A stretch of 63,001 nt of DNA, filler included, from Globobulimina sp. (GCA_003354225.1; 33 parts of 33 records of this genome joined end to end with filler, not necessarily neighbours in it); one strand, 5' to 3'; counted from the whole stretch's first letter, positions 47,814 through 61,190 are shown. Numbers and translations are program-made. The notes: a model not told the origin generated them from the sequence alone.

Positions 47814-49624
47814 CAAACTGATTCCGACTGGCGACGACCAAAAATGCAAACTATTATTCACACACTTTCCCATAGCATATTGGTTACCAAATTATAAAAT
47901 TAAATCTTATCTATCTGATGATATTATTGCTGGTCTAACTGCCGGAATTATGCTGATCCCGCAAGGAATGGGTTATTCCTTAATTGCTTCCTTAGATCCA
48001 ATCTATGGTTTATATGCCTCAATGTTTGGGCCATTATTATATGCCTTATTTGGGACATCTGGGCAATTATCAGTGGCCCCCGTTGCTGTGGTGTCGCTTA
48101 TGACGTATGTTTTATATTCCATTTTGAGCCTCAATCACTTAATAAATATTAATATAAAAACAAAGAGGCGAAGCGCTGGAGTCCATTATCCATGCATATG
48201 ACTTGGAGGATGGAGCCAAAATTGCCATCGCGTCTTGCATAGCATTCCAAGTCGGCCTCATCCAATTATGTATAGGTTTGCTGAATGGCGGAGTCATTGC
48301 AAACTTATTATCGCATTCAGTCACGTTGGGGTTTACCTGCGCTGCGGCCATATTAATTGGTTTGAGTCAAATCAAACATATCTTTCAGATCCAAGTCGAT
48401 CGAGGAGAAATTATTCAAGTTTTAAAGAGCTTATTTTCAAATATTGGCGATACCCACTGGCAAAGTGTCGTATTGTCTGTCTGCTGCATCATCTTTTTAT
48501 CGTTGCTCAAAGTTTGGAAACGCTCTAAAAAAGCACTATGGGGACAGAAATACGCTCAGTTTGTGCCGGGACCGTTGATCGTTGTGGTTATGTCAACATT
48601 CATTGTGTGGCTGTCTGATAATTCTGCAGGTTTTCATATTATTAACGAGATTCAAAATGGTTTGCCCAAAGTTAGTAACTTTTTTGTGGAATTGGAGAAT
48701 ATTGAGATATTTTGGAATCTGTGGACAACCTCTTTGATGATCTCATTAATCGCATTTATCGAAAGTTATGCCGTGGCGCACAAATTTGCTGAACAGCGTG
48801 GTTATCATATTAATGCTTCACAGGAATTGATAGCAAATGGCATTCCCAATTTGGTCGCGTCCTTCTTCCAAATCTATCCAATAACGGGCGGGTTGTCGCG
48901 GACTGCGGTCGTGGATGCAGCCGGAGGCAAAACTCCACTCAATTCGCTAATTTCTGGCTTATTTATGCTCATCGCATTGGGTTTGTTATTGTCGTTATTC
49001 AAATATTTGCCGTTTTGCGTGCTGGCCTCAATTATTATGGTGTCTGTTTCTGGCTTGTTTGACTATTCTGCGATGATTCATTTGTGGCATATTAAACATA
49101 AAGATTTTTATGTCTCTTTTATTACGTTTATAATCACTTTGTTTGTAGGCGTCGAAATCGGTGTCGCTGTGGGTGTGGTTGTGAGTATTCTGGTATTTAT
49201 TGAAAGAGCCACCATTCCGCACTACGCAGTGTTGGGTAAAGTGAGCAGCACTGTTTATAGAAATATTAAAAATTATGAAAATGCACAGATTCGCGATGAT
49301 ATTCTAATCATTCGATGGGATGCGAGCTTATTCTTTGCCAATATCGCAACATTCAGAGCCAAGGTAACGAAGCAAATTAAAAGGAAGAAGGAGCTGAGAA
49401 TTGATGGTTTTTGGTGCTTGGTGTTATGTTTTAGCGGCATTAATGATATCGATGCGACAGCGGCACACAGTTTGTATTCGTTTGTCAATGAATTGCAACA
49501 GAAATATGAGCAACTTACCATTGTTGTGAGCAATACGAAAAAACCCGTTATGACTGTTTTGAGGAAAGTAAAATTTATTGAATTGATTGGAGAGAGCAAG
49601 GTTTTCTTTCAAATTAGTGAAGCG
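47814..49624 (+). CDS. SLC26/SulP anion transporter with STAS domain; intron from ~48105
   Basis: DIIAGLT.G.MLIPQGMGY..A.L.P.YGLY, GTS.QLSVAP, SQELIA.G..N, GGLSRTAV, FFAN, IDATA. Confidence 0.95.
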
Positions 49625-49724
49625 NNNNNNNNNNNNNNNNNNNNNNNNNNNNNNNNNNNNNNNNNNNNTTAATTAATTAANNNNNNNNNNNNNNNNNNNN
49701 NNNNNNNNNNNNNNNNNNNNNNNN

Positions 49725-51451
49725 CCCGGTGTCGGGGGTCTCGGTGAATCTGGTGATATTGATTTTTCAACTGGTATTATTGTAGAAGGATCCACAAATG
49801 ATTGTTCGATCATAACAGTTTTTCTATTTTCGAATTGCATTAGTGATTTTTGTTTATTTAATTCTTTTTCGTATTGTTTTGTCAATTTATGGTTCTCACG
49901 GTATGGGTATTTGTCGTATGCGATTTCTTGACACATCGTGATTTGCGATTTCACAAGTCTGTTTGCCCAAGGGGCATCCATGATATTAAATCCTTCCTGG
50001 TATTGTTTATCCATAAATTCCAATCGTTCTTGTCGTAATTCTTCGATTTTTCCCATTTTTGTTTGTATTTTATGCCATTGATGAGCAATCATATCTTTTA
50101 TTCTGATATTGTATTCTTCGGTATTTTCACAATCTTTTGTACTCCATATTGCTACCATTTCTTCGAATTCATTGTTAGCTTCGACTTTGATATCACGTTC
50201 GGCTTTTTCGTATTTCGGTATCAATTCCTTGCTCAATTTTTCCAATATTCGTCCCAATACATTTTCATCCGGACTTCCGGTTTCAAGTGTATGGGACATT
50301 ATATCCGGTTTTGTTATTTCGTATCCGATACCGATTTTGTTATCTGGATGTAAAAATTTGATGTTACTTTTGGTATAAGCGAATTTTCCTAGTAAAGCTG
50401 CCACGGTATTGTTGGTTTTTGCTACGGTATTCCAGTACTCATAATATTTCTCTCCAATCCAATCAGCAGAGAAAACGGTTTTGTTCTCTAAGTACCGTTG
50501 TATAGGGCATGGTTGTAAAATATAGTCGAAATACCTTTTGTTTTTAACTTCACGTAGTCGTTTTATTAGTTCATGGTCTTCCACATGAAGGGCGATATGA
50601 AACATCAAATAATGTGAAAAACTGAAGAATTGGCATCGTTCGGTTTTGTGTGGTAATTCCCCGGTATTAATAACCACATGTCTTTTGATAGTAATGGGGT
50701 TATCCCAGTTAAAGTAGCAACGGTTGTCACCTCCAACTAGTAAATCCCGAATGTCACGTAAAGGGGCTTTCATTTCGATTTCTGGTTCTGTTTCTGGTTT
50801 TGATTCTATTGTAGAAGGTTTTACTGACATTGATTTGACTATCCCCTGCAACTCCAAAATTTTGGTTGCGGCGATATTATAATTACTGACCAATTTATTG
50901 TTAACTATTGTTAATTTGGCTACTTCGGTTTTTAGAAATTCGATATCGTTATCATGACCCTCTAATCTATCTCTTCTAATTTTTCCGGTATTGTTATATA
51001 TATTCCAATTATCGTTGTATTGTCGTAAGGTACTTTCAACTCCATATAACCATTGGTTTGTTGCTAATAATAACACGGCGGTATCTTGTAACATTTTGAA
51101 CATACATTCATATCCGTCCGTATGTCTAGCCATTGTTAGTATTGATGTGGCTTTGATTTGATTTAAAATTCCGGCGATTTCTTTTCCTTCTATTGGTGCA
51201 TTTTTGTTTTCAATACATTGATCCAACCATTCCTGTATTAATGTTAAGATTTTGGTATTTTCTGTACGGTATTTCTCTTCTTCACAAATTTCATATCCCA
51301 TCATACAAGCGATATTATTTATATAACGGCATCGTTCAATAAACATAGCTTCGGTATTAGCACTAGAATTCTTTGCATTAATCACCGCGGTATTGATATT
51401 AATAATATGATTTTCATCTGTTCTATGGTCTTGTCGTGTATCCATGTCCAT
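49725..51451 (-). CDS. Hypothetical protein with coiled coils
   Basis: ~575-codon intronless ORF; no motif recognised. Confidence 0.55.
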
Positions 51452-51685
51452 TACAAATTTTGTTATTGCTTCCGGGTATTGATAGGTATCGAATGATTGA
51501 GATATGAATTTGGTATCGTTCGGTATTTTACTAATNNNNNNNNNNNNNNNNNNNNNNNNNNNNNNNNNNNNNNNNNNNNTTAATTAATTAANNNNNNNNN
51601 NNNNNNNNNNNNNNNNNNNNNNNNNNNNNNNNNNNAAAATGTTCAGTAAGAAAAAAAAAACGTTGTACTTCCAATTGAAATAAAC

Positions 51686-52780
51686 ATGTCAGTTTTAGAG
51701 AATGGTGACGGGTTTGCAGGTACAATGTATAAGAGAGGCAAAATAAATCGATCATTTAAGGAGAGATGGTTTGTAATTTCACGGTTATCTCAAGTGATGG
51801 AATATTATGCATCTGAAGACAAAGCAACAGACAAATCTAATTCTTCCGGCTCCATTGATCTTGCCTTAGTTGAAGGCATTGAGTTAATTACAACCGATCC
51901 ATATTATGACAATACCGCATTACCACATTATATAACCTCTCAATATACCGCATCATCAGTAAAAAAGCCATATACTTTCCAACTAATAGCCTCAAACCGC
52001 ACCTTCATTTTAGCCGCAATTACTGAGTTAGAATTATTTAAATGGTTGCAATATTTAAGTATATGCGTTTATGGATCAGTTATAAAAGAAGACTATGTCA
52101 AAAAACAGGAAGGCATCACCGCACTCAGCAGACATTGGAAAATAAGATATTGTGTTTTGAATGAATACGACCAGTTAAAGTTTTATACCGAAAAAGATCG
52201 ACGAGAGTATTTAGGATTTATTGACTGTCACACTATTAAATCTGTAGAAAATGGCAAAACCATAGCCTCTGAACTTGGATATATCATTGATTTATATACC
52301 AAATATGGCAATGTGTGGTACATTGGAATCAGAGACGAACAGCAACGAAATGAATGGAACAAACTATTGCGGAAATATGCCATTGCTGAGGAGGAGAAGA
52401 AGAATGATACAAATATGGATAGTGTTTTTGGCGATAATTTAATTTTTGAAAATGAATGTCAATCAATCTCGAAATGTCATTCGGTTGAAAGAATTGTAAA
52501 GTCCTTGCAATGCTTTAATGGGAATTTAGATGAACATGGCATAAATAAAATATTAGCACAGAATTCCTGTTTTAATGAGGACTATCAACATATGTTAAAT
52601 GTGCATTTGAATAAAAGGAATGAATTTCAAATGTTAAGCAAATATATTATACGACATATTCGAAATATCGATCAATCAAAAAATCAAAATTTAACATTAC
52701 CTGATGAATCTAAACAAAATACGTTTTATATTAACGCTATGTATGTCGTCAATGCCTATATGTTTGGGGATTTAGTTTGA
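51686..52780 (+). CDS. Tandem PH domain protein
   Basis: G.MYKRG..NRSFKERWFV...RTFILAA....KW; KK.....WKIRYCVL...L.FY...EW. Confidence 0.85.
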   Translation: MSVLENGDGFAGTMYKRGKINRSFKERWFVISRLSQVMEYYASEDKATDKSNSSGSIDLALVEGIELITTDPYYDNTALPHYITSQYTASSVKKPYTFQLIASNRTFILAAITELELFKWLQYLSICVYGSVIKEDYVKKQEGITALSRHWKIRYCVLNEYDQLKFYTEKDRREYLGFIDCHTIKSVENGKTIASELGYIIDLYTKYGNVWYIGIRDEQQRNEWNKLLRKYAIAEEEKKNDTNMDSVFGDNLIFENECQSISKCHSVERIVKSLQCFNGNLDEHGINKILAQNSCFNEDYQHMLNVHLNKRNEFQMLSKYIIRHIRNIDQSKNQNLTLPDESKQNTFYINAMYVVNAYMFGDLV

Positions 52781-53110
52781 GTTGATACGTTATGTAAATT
52801 GTGCTTGTTGTTCATGATGTTATTGTGTATTTAGTTGCTAAATTGGACGTTCACCTTTTTTTTCAAATGATTATTGTTGTATCTAAAAGCAATCTGAACG
52901 GCTGAACATGCAAAAGAAACAATCAAATTAGCTAATACTAACCACAGGTTTTCGTTTTTTGGTGATATGTTTTCGATTTTTTGCAGGGGGTGTTATCCAT
53001 GTATGAGGTGGGGTTATCTCGACCTCATCGTTGGGCTGTTTTTTATTTTACTCTCTAATTCATTTGTGCCATTTTTTTCCGTTCTGCCAGAGAAATAACA
53101 TTAAGGAATT

Positions 53111-53413
53111 ATGTCATCGCCAACAAACGAAGAAGAAAAACAAGCTGAACAAGTAGAAGAACAACCGACCGTTGATATTTTACAAAATACATTGTCTCCA
53201 GAATTGCTAAAAGAAGTCCTTGATTTAACTAAATCTGCATTCAAAACATCACGAGTGGAAAAAGACGCAGCTGTCACAATCAAGAAAGCATTCGATGAAA
53301 AGATATTCGGTTCGACGTGGCATTGTATCATTGGTAAGCATTTTGCTGTGAGTGTCCAGTTTGATACACAGTATTTTACATTTTTTAAAATGGATCAACG
53401 ATATATATTGTTG
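53111..53413 (+). CDS. Dynein light chain LC8-type (first exon)
   Basis: EKDAAVTIKKAFDEK..G.TWHCIIG..F...V; GT donor after ILL. Confidence 0.9.
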
Positions 53414-54580
53414 GTATGTTAACAAATATATGTTCATGCACTTCAANNNNNNNNNNNNNNNNNNNNNNNNNNNNNNNNNNNNNNNNNNNNTTAATTAATT
53501 AANNNNNNNNNNNNNNNNNNNNNNNNNNNNNNNNNNNNNNNNNNNNATTCTTTTATTTTTGTTAATATATATTGAATGTTATTTTTTTTCTTTTCATTTA
53601 ATAATTGTTGATAATTTATTTTAGCTTCATACTGCGCAGTTAAATGTTTTTGCTGTTGAATATATTCATTTTTCATTCTAACGAGTTCTTTCTCTTTCAT
53701 TTTTAAACTTATCTCCAAATATTTAACTCTTTGTTGATATGTAATAAGTTTAACATCTTTTAATTTATTTTCTGAGTCTTGTGAAGCAATTTTTGTGTTA
53801 GTTTTATTAATTTGTTTTGTTAGATTCAGATTTATGAGTTGTTTTTCTTGCAATGGCGATCTATAATAATTTATTTTATGTTGAGTATAATGAGTATCAT
53901 TGGTACTCTGTTCAATATATGAATATATTGGTTCATTATTCCTTCTATTTTCTCTTTTATGCTTCAATAAACCAATGATATTTTGCACTGACATTGTACT
54001 GAATTTAATATCCTTTTGTATTGTTTTTGCTTGTGTTGCATGTCCAAAACCACACACATTGTTTAGTTTTAATATGTTGTTGATCTCAGCATGTGTGTAG
54101 TTGATAGTTTTTTTGTTCTTTTCATATATAAACTATAATGTACAATGTATTGAATGGGTATTTTAATAATACCTTAGATGTCGGTGGTTTATTGTGGTCT
54201 GTTGAACGGAGATGATATGAATGTCGTTTACGTGGTGTTATTGTTTGTTTTGTGTGTTTCCCAAACATATTTGCGAAATGTTATATATCAATCTGTTTTT
54301 TGTTTTGATGGATTGTTGGTTTGGTTGGTGGTCAAACTCTCACAGTAAGATGTATCGATAACGATAAACCATATACCAGCTTATGAGTAAAATGTTGTCT
54401 CACAATGAGATGACATTGCAGAAAAAAGTGAAGTGTTTTGGTTCTAACTGATTGGCAACTGTGATCCAACCTGACTGGTTATATTGATCTAAATCATATT
54501 CTCTGAGACTGACAGTTGACATTATCATCAACGATCTTTAGTGAATTTTGCACTCAAAGTTTTTTTGGAGCTCAGTAAAG

Positions 54581-55117
54581 ATGTCAAGTGCAGAAGAAAT
54601 TGTGGTAAAAGTAATATTATGTATAAGTGGACTATTACCCGCATTGGGAGGCCTTTATCGAGCAGTAAAACCAATTCAAGCATTGAAATTACTTCAAATC
54701 ACGCTAATCAAAGAAAAGCGGCCGCAAAATGAAATAGAACATGAAGAAGAAGTTAATATGGTAGGCGGAGACAATGATGATGACAGTACTATTAATCGTG
54801 GAGATAATGATGATTCCGATTCAGATTCAGATGATGTTCCGTTATTAAATGAAATCGGCGGTACCGGCAGTCATTTAATGGCAGGGGGTGTTGTTATTTT
54901 TTGTGGTGCATTTATCGAGAAACTCACTGCGACCTCAATTATTGCCGCATTTATCTTATTTTTCGGATTTGCATTTGGACGAATATTGAGAATTTGTTTG
55001 GATGGCTCTCCTGGAAAGAAAATTATTCAGGGACTCATTTTTGAAGTTGTGTTTGGATCGCTAGCCATTGTTGCTTTGGTGCTACATTGTCAAACCACAG
55101 ATTTTTGTGAAACCTGA
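54581..55117 (+). CDS. DUF4345-like four-helix membrane protein with acidic loop
   Basis: LNEI.G.G, GR...I.LDG.P. Confidence 0.6.
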   Translation: MSSAEEIVVKVILCISGLLPALGGLYRAVKPIQALKLLQITLIKEKRPQNEIEHEEEVNMVGGDNDDDSTINRGDNDDSDSDSDDVPLLNEIGGTGSHLMAGGVVIFCGAFIEKLTATSIIAAFILFFGFAFGRILRICLDGSPGKKIIQGLIFEVVFGSLAIVALVLHCQTTDFCET

Positions 55118-55700
55118 TTGTTATATTAATATTTTTGTGCAAGGATAATATGTATAATTAAAACATCCAAGTCTCAATATTGCGCCATATAAAACATATT
55201 ATGTACACTGTACACACAATGTATGGAATAAGTGACGCCAAGGCATGCTGTATCCAGAGCAGTAGTTTGTGCCTCGATGAGTTGTGAAGCATTATGTATC
55301 GATGCTAAATGTGCATCATAATAAAATAAACATGTATCCTCCCAATTGGAATGTGATNNNNNNNNNNNNNNNNNNNNNNNNNNNNNNNNNNNNNNNNNNN
55401 NTTAATTAATTAANNNNNNNNNNNNNNNNNNNNNNNNNNNNNNNNNNNNNNNNNNNNGTGTTTTGAAGACATTACAAAAACATATGATATGATGTACTAG
55501 TCAGTAGTCAGCGATATACCAAAACACAAACAAAAATATATCAAACAGCAAAATTCAATCAAAACCAGATCTTGTTTTATGTTTTGTTTATACCATACCA
55601 TACTTATATTGCCAATTGTATCCAACTCATAATAAGCATCAAAATATGAGTATCAAATCGGATATGAGATAACGCAAACACAGAAAGCAAACACTTAAAA

Positions 55701-56480
55701 ATGAAAATGAAGATTCCAATTCCTTCATTAAAATTGCAAGATACATATGACACTAACAATGACATATTAAAATACAAAAATATTCCATTATCAGCACCAA
55801 CAAGAAATATACACAAAAAACGGATTAAGTTAAAAAAAATACAAAATGCGCCAAATACAACTATGGACAGATTGCAAATTACGGAAAACAACTATTACAC
55901 TAAAATGCCAATACCATATACACCACGTTTGGACGAATTACCATTATCATTGAGATTACATTCAAATCCAATGATTTTATTACAATCTCTTCGAAGACAA
56001 AAAGTATCAAATTACAATATGTGTAATACAGAAGCAGCAATTGATAATAAACCAAATAAATATTTATTAGGATATGCGAATCGCCGAAAGAAATTAAGAA
56101 AAAATCAACTTCCAAAAATAAATAAGTTACCAAGCATTACTTTAGCTCGCCTCGATAATCAATTGCCAAACAATGTTATTTCATACAGAAATATGAGAAG
56201 AAATAGATTAAAAATAGCTGAAAAACGTGCGAAAAAACTATATGAAAAACGACTGCAATCTCAACGGGTTTCAAGGACAAAAATACAAAATCTTAACAAA
56301 AATACGAAAAAATGCAAAACAAAAAAAGCCAAATATGATAAGATCTGTTATGTCAATTCAAAAATGGCCACACAAAACAAATTCATACCATCACCAAAAC
56401 ACAAAAAAAATTATTCCTCCACCAAAAAACGAAAAAGATTGGTACAAGCACTTCCGTGTCACTTTTGTGATTGGAAATGA
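55701..56480 (+). CDS. Basic hypothetical protein
   Basis: 259-codon Lys/Arg-rich ORF. Confidence 0.45.
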   Translation: MKMKIPIPSLKLQDTYDTNNDILKYKNIPLSAPTRNIHKKRIKLKKIQNAPNTTMDRLQITENNYYTKMPIPYTPRLDELPLSLRLHSNPMILLQSLRRQKVSNYNMCNTEAAIDNKPNKYLLGYANRRKKLRKNQLPKINKLPSITLARLDNQLPNNVISYRNMRRNRLKIAEKRAKKLYEKRLQSQRVSRTKIQNLNKNTKKCKTKKAKYDKICYVNSKMATQNKFIPSPKHKKNYSSTKKRKRLVQALPCHFCDWK

Positions 56481-56563
56481 CTTCGCGTAAATTATGAATG
56501 TTGTTGACGAAGATTGTATGTCATCAATGCATAACATTTTTCTTATATAATAAAGTTTTTTTG

Positions 56564-57154
56564 ATGAATTCAGCCACTCTGCCAAGTCAACTTGATCCTT
56601 ACCGTCCAACGGGAAGGAGGCATTACAATGTTAATGATCAACATAAGTCGTGCAATTTTCTACACCATTACCCCCAATCAAATGCAAAAATTGCATTTAA
56701 AGATGAGCCAAATATGAAAAAATGCCGCTTTGGCAAAGGATTTCAACGAAGACCAATCGAAAAAATATGGCCAAATAAAGAGGAAAATAGAGTTAAACGA
56801 TGGGAAAACGCAAGGAAACGCAGAATATTGCACGCGGACCGACGTAAAGAATTTTTGTCTTCGAAAAGTAATATTAATGGCAACTTATTAACAGCAAATA
56901 TTCCGAAAGAAAACACAAGACAGCTCTTTGAAACAAAGAAAAAAGTTACTTTTAATGATAAAGTATCAATTCGCGATAAGTGTATACGCGATAAAATATC
57001 AAAAAATAGATTCTTTCATCCAGAATTATCAAAAAGACCACAAATTAAAAAAATAATTCAGAACACACAACACTTTTCATCAGATATAAAAATTGGAAAA
57101 AATGATATAAAATCAAATGGAACTGCTGACAATTTTATTGGTCACGGTTATTGA
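56564..57154 (+). CDS. Basic hypothetical protein
   Basis: ~196-codon ORF from first ATG. Confidence 0.45.
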   Translation: MNSATLPSQLDPYRPTGRRHYNVNDQHKSCNFLHHYPQSNAKIAFKDEPNMKKCRFGKGFQRRPIEKIWPNKEENRVKRWENARKRRILHADRRKEFLSSKSNINGNLLTANIPKENTRQLFETKKKVTFNDKVSIRDKCIRDKISKNRFFHPELSKRPQIKKIIQNTQHFSSDIKIGKNDIKSNGTADNFIGHGY

Positions 57155-57812
57155 TTGTATCTTAAATTGTTGATAAAACTAAATTGTATTTGTTAATTCA
57201 TATTACTTGCAATCTGATGTTTAATAACAACCCTTTAATTTGTATACATTTATATTGGGTTTGCAATCNNNNNNNNNNNNNNNNNNNNNNNNNNNNNNNN
57301 NNNNNNNNNNNNTTAATTAATTAANNNNNNNNNNNNNNNNNNNNNNNNNNNNNNNNNNNNNNNNNNNNTGGATCTAAAAAGATTACAAGCTGTCGAACAT
57401 AAGTACAGGATATAAAAATAATTGGTTTGTTCTGGGTTTATTTAAAAAAACAGATGTGTAGTAACGATTTTAATTGATTTTATTGGTGTTTGTACCGAGA
57501 GTGTGTTTTTGGAAAAGAACGAAAAAACTTGTTTACCATAGTTCCTGTTTTGTTCTTTTTTTGTTTACTTATTGTTTACGTTTGTTATAGGTTTATGGGT
57601 AGAGACGAATTCAAAAAAGATCCAAAACCCACAAACTTTTTACTTTTAATCTTCTTTAATTATGTTTACTGCTCGATCTGAAAAACAAAGCAGAACAAAT
57701 CACTGCGAATTGCGTTATTTCGAACATGGAAAGCACTCAAAAAAGCAGTTGAATTCAAAAAACAATACATTCATTCTATACATTAATATTTCCCTTGCTG
57801 TCATTCATTCAG

Positions 57813-59177
57813 TTATTCTCTATATTTTTGTGCAATTTTCATATATTGTTTGAGACTCGCTTGTATTTGCGGTTCATTTGAACATTTCTCACAAATCCAA
57901 TCAAATAAAACAACTAAAAATCTCATCGTTTTTCCATAATTAACATCATCTTCATCTTTCTGACAAAGTTCCCGTATCGAATAATGCGTAAATAATAACT
58001 TTGGATTCAACAGATTTGCATTGATAAAATATTTTAATTTCTGAATATCCAAATTGTTACAAATGATCGGTATTCCATATTTATGCACATTCAATGACTT
58101 AAACGGCTCATTTCTTGCATACTTACTCGTCGGTAACAATATCCATAACAAACGCTTCCAAATCACAGAATTTGGGCTCAATTCCTCGTTACGTATCAAA
58201 CAAAACTCTTTTATACACGAATTATTTATGATCATCTCACTATTCTCCCCATCATATTTCCTCTGCATTGCATACAATATTAACTCAATCACATTATTCG
58301 ACACTGACGAATTATTCAATAAACCTAAAAAAAGCGAGGTATTTTGCCACAACGACCAGAAATAGAGCGAAGATTTCGTATACGATATCAGGTAATTTAT
58401 ATAGTTATAATTGTACGAATTGATTGCAATCAACAGCCGCATGGTTACTATGTTAAAATTACCGGCATAGATAAACACATATTGCATAAAATGCGAATTA
58501 TTTATATTATATATCTGCGAAATGAAGGCAGAATTCCATTTTTCGGTGATTTCAGGGTACAAATCTGCCGAAGTTATACGTTTAATTAAATTCAAATTAT
58601 ACTGCGATAATTCTGGCAATATTTTGCTGGCAATCCATGATTTCCAGTCACTGCGAATAGAAAATATATTCAACATCGCATAATACGTCAACTCCGAGTC
58701 CGAAAATATAGACAATTCGGTCCCTAAATGATAGTCACACAAAATATTTAATATCTTAGTCGCAAAATATTTCTTCATCAACGAAATGAATCTTTTTTTG
58801 ATGATCCCATGCATCATTTTGAAGACCCACAGATACACAGTCATGCCATGTCCGTACGAAGCGATCTGAGACAAAGACCAGATGTCCGCAGCTCCATTAT
58901 GGCCATCAATATCAATGCGGTTCCGAACCATGTCACAATAATCATACTCAGTGACAATATCTTCATCGGCATAGCAAAAATCGATGATATTAAACCCTCG
59001 GAACCATAAATTCATCACCATTTCAGGCGAGGGACAGCCATCATACACAGGCCCGCGTACACTGTCATGCTCATCAATGGCATCGATGTCATCATGATAC
59101 GTTGGGAAAGCACCGCCAAACCAGAAATTGCATAAAACAATGCCCGGATCGCCAGTAATGGTCAAAATAGCGGGCAT
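57813..59177 (-). CDS. Hypothetical protein
   Basis: 454-codon ORF; no motif recognised. Confidence 0.55.
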   Translation of the reverse strand: MPAILTITGDPGIVLCNFWFGGAFPTYHDDIDAIDEHDSVRGPVYDGCPSPEMVMNLWFRGFNIIDFCYADEDIVTEYDYCDMVRNRIDIDGHNGAADIWSLSQIASYGHGMTVYLWVFKMMHGIIKKRFISLMKKYFATKILNILCDYHLGTELSIFSDSELTYYAMLNIFSIRSDWKSWIASKILPELSQYNLNLIKRITSADLYPEITEKWNSAFISQIYNINNSHFMQYVFIYAGNFNIVTMRLLIAINSYNYNYINYLISYTKSSLYFWSLWQNTSLFLGLLNNSSVSNNVIELILYAMQRKYDGENSEMIINNSCIKEFCLIRNEELSPNSVIWKRLLWILLPTSKYARNEPFKSLNVHKYGIPIICNNLDIQKLKYFINANLLNPKLLFTHYSIRELCQKDEDDVNYGKTMRFLVVLFDWICEKCSNEPQIQASLKQYMKIAQKYRE

Positions 59178-59279
59178 AANNNNNNNNNNNNNNNNNNNNN
59201 NNNNNNNNNNNNNNNNNNNNNNNTTAATTAATTAANNNNNNNNNNNNNNNNNNNNNNNNNNNNNNNNNNNNNNNNNNNN

Positions 59280-60099
59280 TGGATACAGTGTCTCCGCGGA
59301 GGAACCATTTTTATTCGAACCTGGTGAGACTATTTATGTCGAGGTTAGCACCACGTATCCCGACGGGACGCATAGTGTTTTTGATACGGATTTAGACGGT
59401 GTCTGGGTATGTACCTTTGGACCTGGAGTATTGCCGTCGGACATTGATGCTGCCACGGCCTCCGGCGGTTGTTTCGATGGTGCCACTCCTTTACACGATG
59501 ACAATGCGTTTTATCATATCTTTGATAATGCAAACTTGGTTGCGCAGGACTTTAATTTTGACGGTCATCCGGATGGAACTGACGAAACCAAGGATCAGTT
59601 GCGATTTTCGTTCAGCGTGCCGGGTAAGATTAGCAGGGACAAATTGTACGTCCAGGCTCAAATTGAAGTGTCTCTGACAACACCGCATGAATTTGGTGAT
59701 ACCAATGTAATGCAGAGACGGCTTTTACATAAAATGGCAGTCGCAAATCGAATGAATCATTTTATTGATCATATTGGTGTGGGATATAAAAATAAACCGG
59801 AACCACCACAGCAGCCACAGCAGCCACATGATTATTATCCACAACCACAAGAACCACCGGTTGCTGTTCCCTCTGCATTTGTGATATCATTGTCGTCGCC
59901 GTGGGTGTTAGCATTGGGAGGATTATTGGCAGTGATTTTGGCGTTAAATATTGTGTTTATGTGTTATATGAATTGCAATAAACGACAAGGAACGGTTTCA
60001 TTTGGTAGACGAAGGAGAAGCGGCTATGCATCGGTTAAAAATGTAGATTCTGAGGATTTTAATAATTCAGAAGTGAATGCTATTAATGTTTCGGAATAA
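59280..60099 (+). CDS. Type I membrane protein C-terminus (ZP-C-like ectodomain, RRLL site, TM)
   Basis: F..GE.IYV, C...., RFSF.VP, LYVQAQ, RRLL, Pro/Gln stalk, TM helix. Confidence 0.55.
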
Positions 60100-60545
60100 A
60101 AGTATATATATACATAAAAAATATAACATGTTGGAGAAGTAAATTGTTTTTTTACGCAATTGAACCAACCAACATGTAACATTTAATTATAATTCTAAAA
60201 AAAATTGTAAATCTTTCTTCTATTTTATGTTTTACTGATTTATATGTTTATGTTTTTGTTTTTATTTTTTTTTGTTTTTGTTTGTTTGTACAATTTATAA
60301 TAATAATAAAGTTAACCCAAGCTCACTTTTCTGAGTTTTCTCGAAATTCAACGGCTATTTTTTTTTTCTAAAGTTTTTGAAGACGATGCTGTTAAAAAGA
60401 TAACCGTCTGTGATAGTATCACAAGGTATTTTATCTTATTTATTTGGATTTACTTCTTGTATTCACAGTCCGTGCTGCTATGTTATAGAGCTTGTCAATA
60501 ACAATGATTAATTTTGTCAATATTGCTTTGTATTTCTGATCATGT

Positions 60546-60893
60546 TCACAACTTTGAGTGTTGATTAATTTGAAAATACAAATGGTAATGCTTTTGACAT
60601 CGGGGATTAAACTTAGATTTACAACACAAACAAATGTTATTACTACTTAAATATTCAGTTATTAACAATTCATTGTCACATTTTCCACATAAAATTGCCT
60701 TCTCTGTTTGAAATTTATCAGTTCCCCATTGTTTTGGTTGATGTATCTCACATTCTAAATGGCATGAATAGCACGGATAGTATTTATTGCAGCAAGCAAA
60801 TTTAATGGCTATTATATCCAACTCACCATACCAATGAATACAACGCGTTTCATTATCAATACACTTGCCATAAATTATATTTTTGATAGACAT
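60546..60893 (-). CDS. CHY zinc-finger protein (Hot13-like)
   Basis: TRC.H....DIIAIKF.CC.KYY.C..CH, AILCG.C, C..C...FNP.C..H.HLYF. Confidence 0.92.
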   Translation of the reverse strand: MSIKNIIYGKCIDNETRCIHWYGELDIIAIKFACCNKYYPCYSCHLECEIHQPKQWGTDKFQTEKAILCGKCDNELLITEYLSSNNICLCCKSKFNPRCQKHYHLYFQINQHSKL

Positions 60894-61190
60894 GCTGATG
60901 CTGTCTTGACCTAGTTACTAATAGTTAGGCCTAACGGTTTTGGTTTAGGAATGGCGGTATTTTTCGGAATAACTAATATTCAATGTTTGCAATTTAATTA
61001 AAAGAAAATACGATAAATATATAAAATTAGTATATGCTTAGTGGTATTCTTTATGGATAGTAAATGATTGCATGCCATTTATTGTATGGANNNNNNNNNN
61101 NNNNNNNNNNNNNNNNNNNNNNNNNNNNNNNNNNTTAATTAATTAANNNNNNNNNNNNNNNNNNNNNNNNNNNNNNNNNNNNNNNNNNNN

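Noticed and set aside
52810-52900. Possible C/D box snoRNA
   Set aside because: Box C is imperfect and no rRNA-complementary guide was identified.
52975-53040. GC-richer hairpin (ATGAGGT..ACCTCAT) with faint U1 snRNA resemblance
   Set aside because: Lacks the ACTTACCTG 5' end and a properly placed Sm site.
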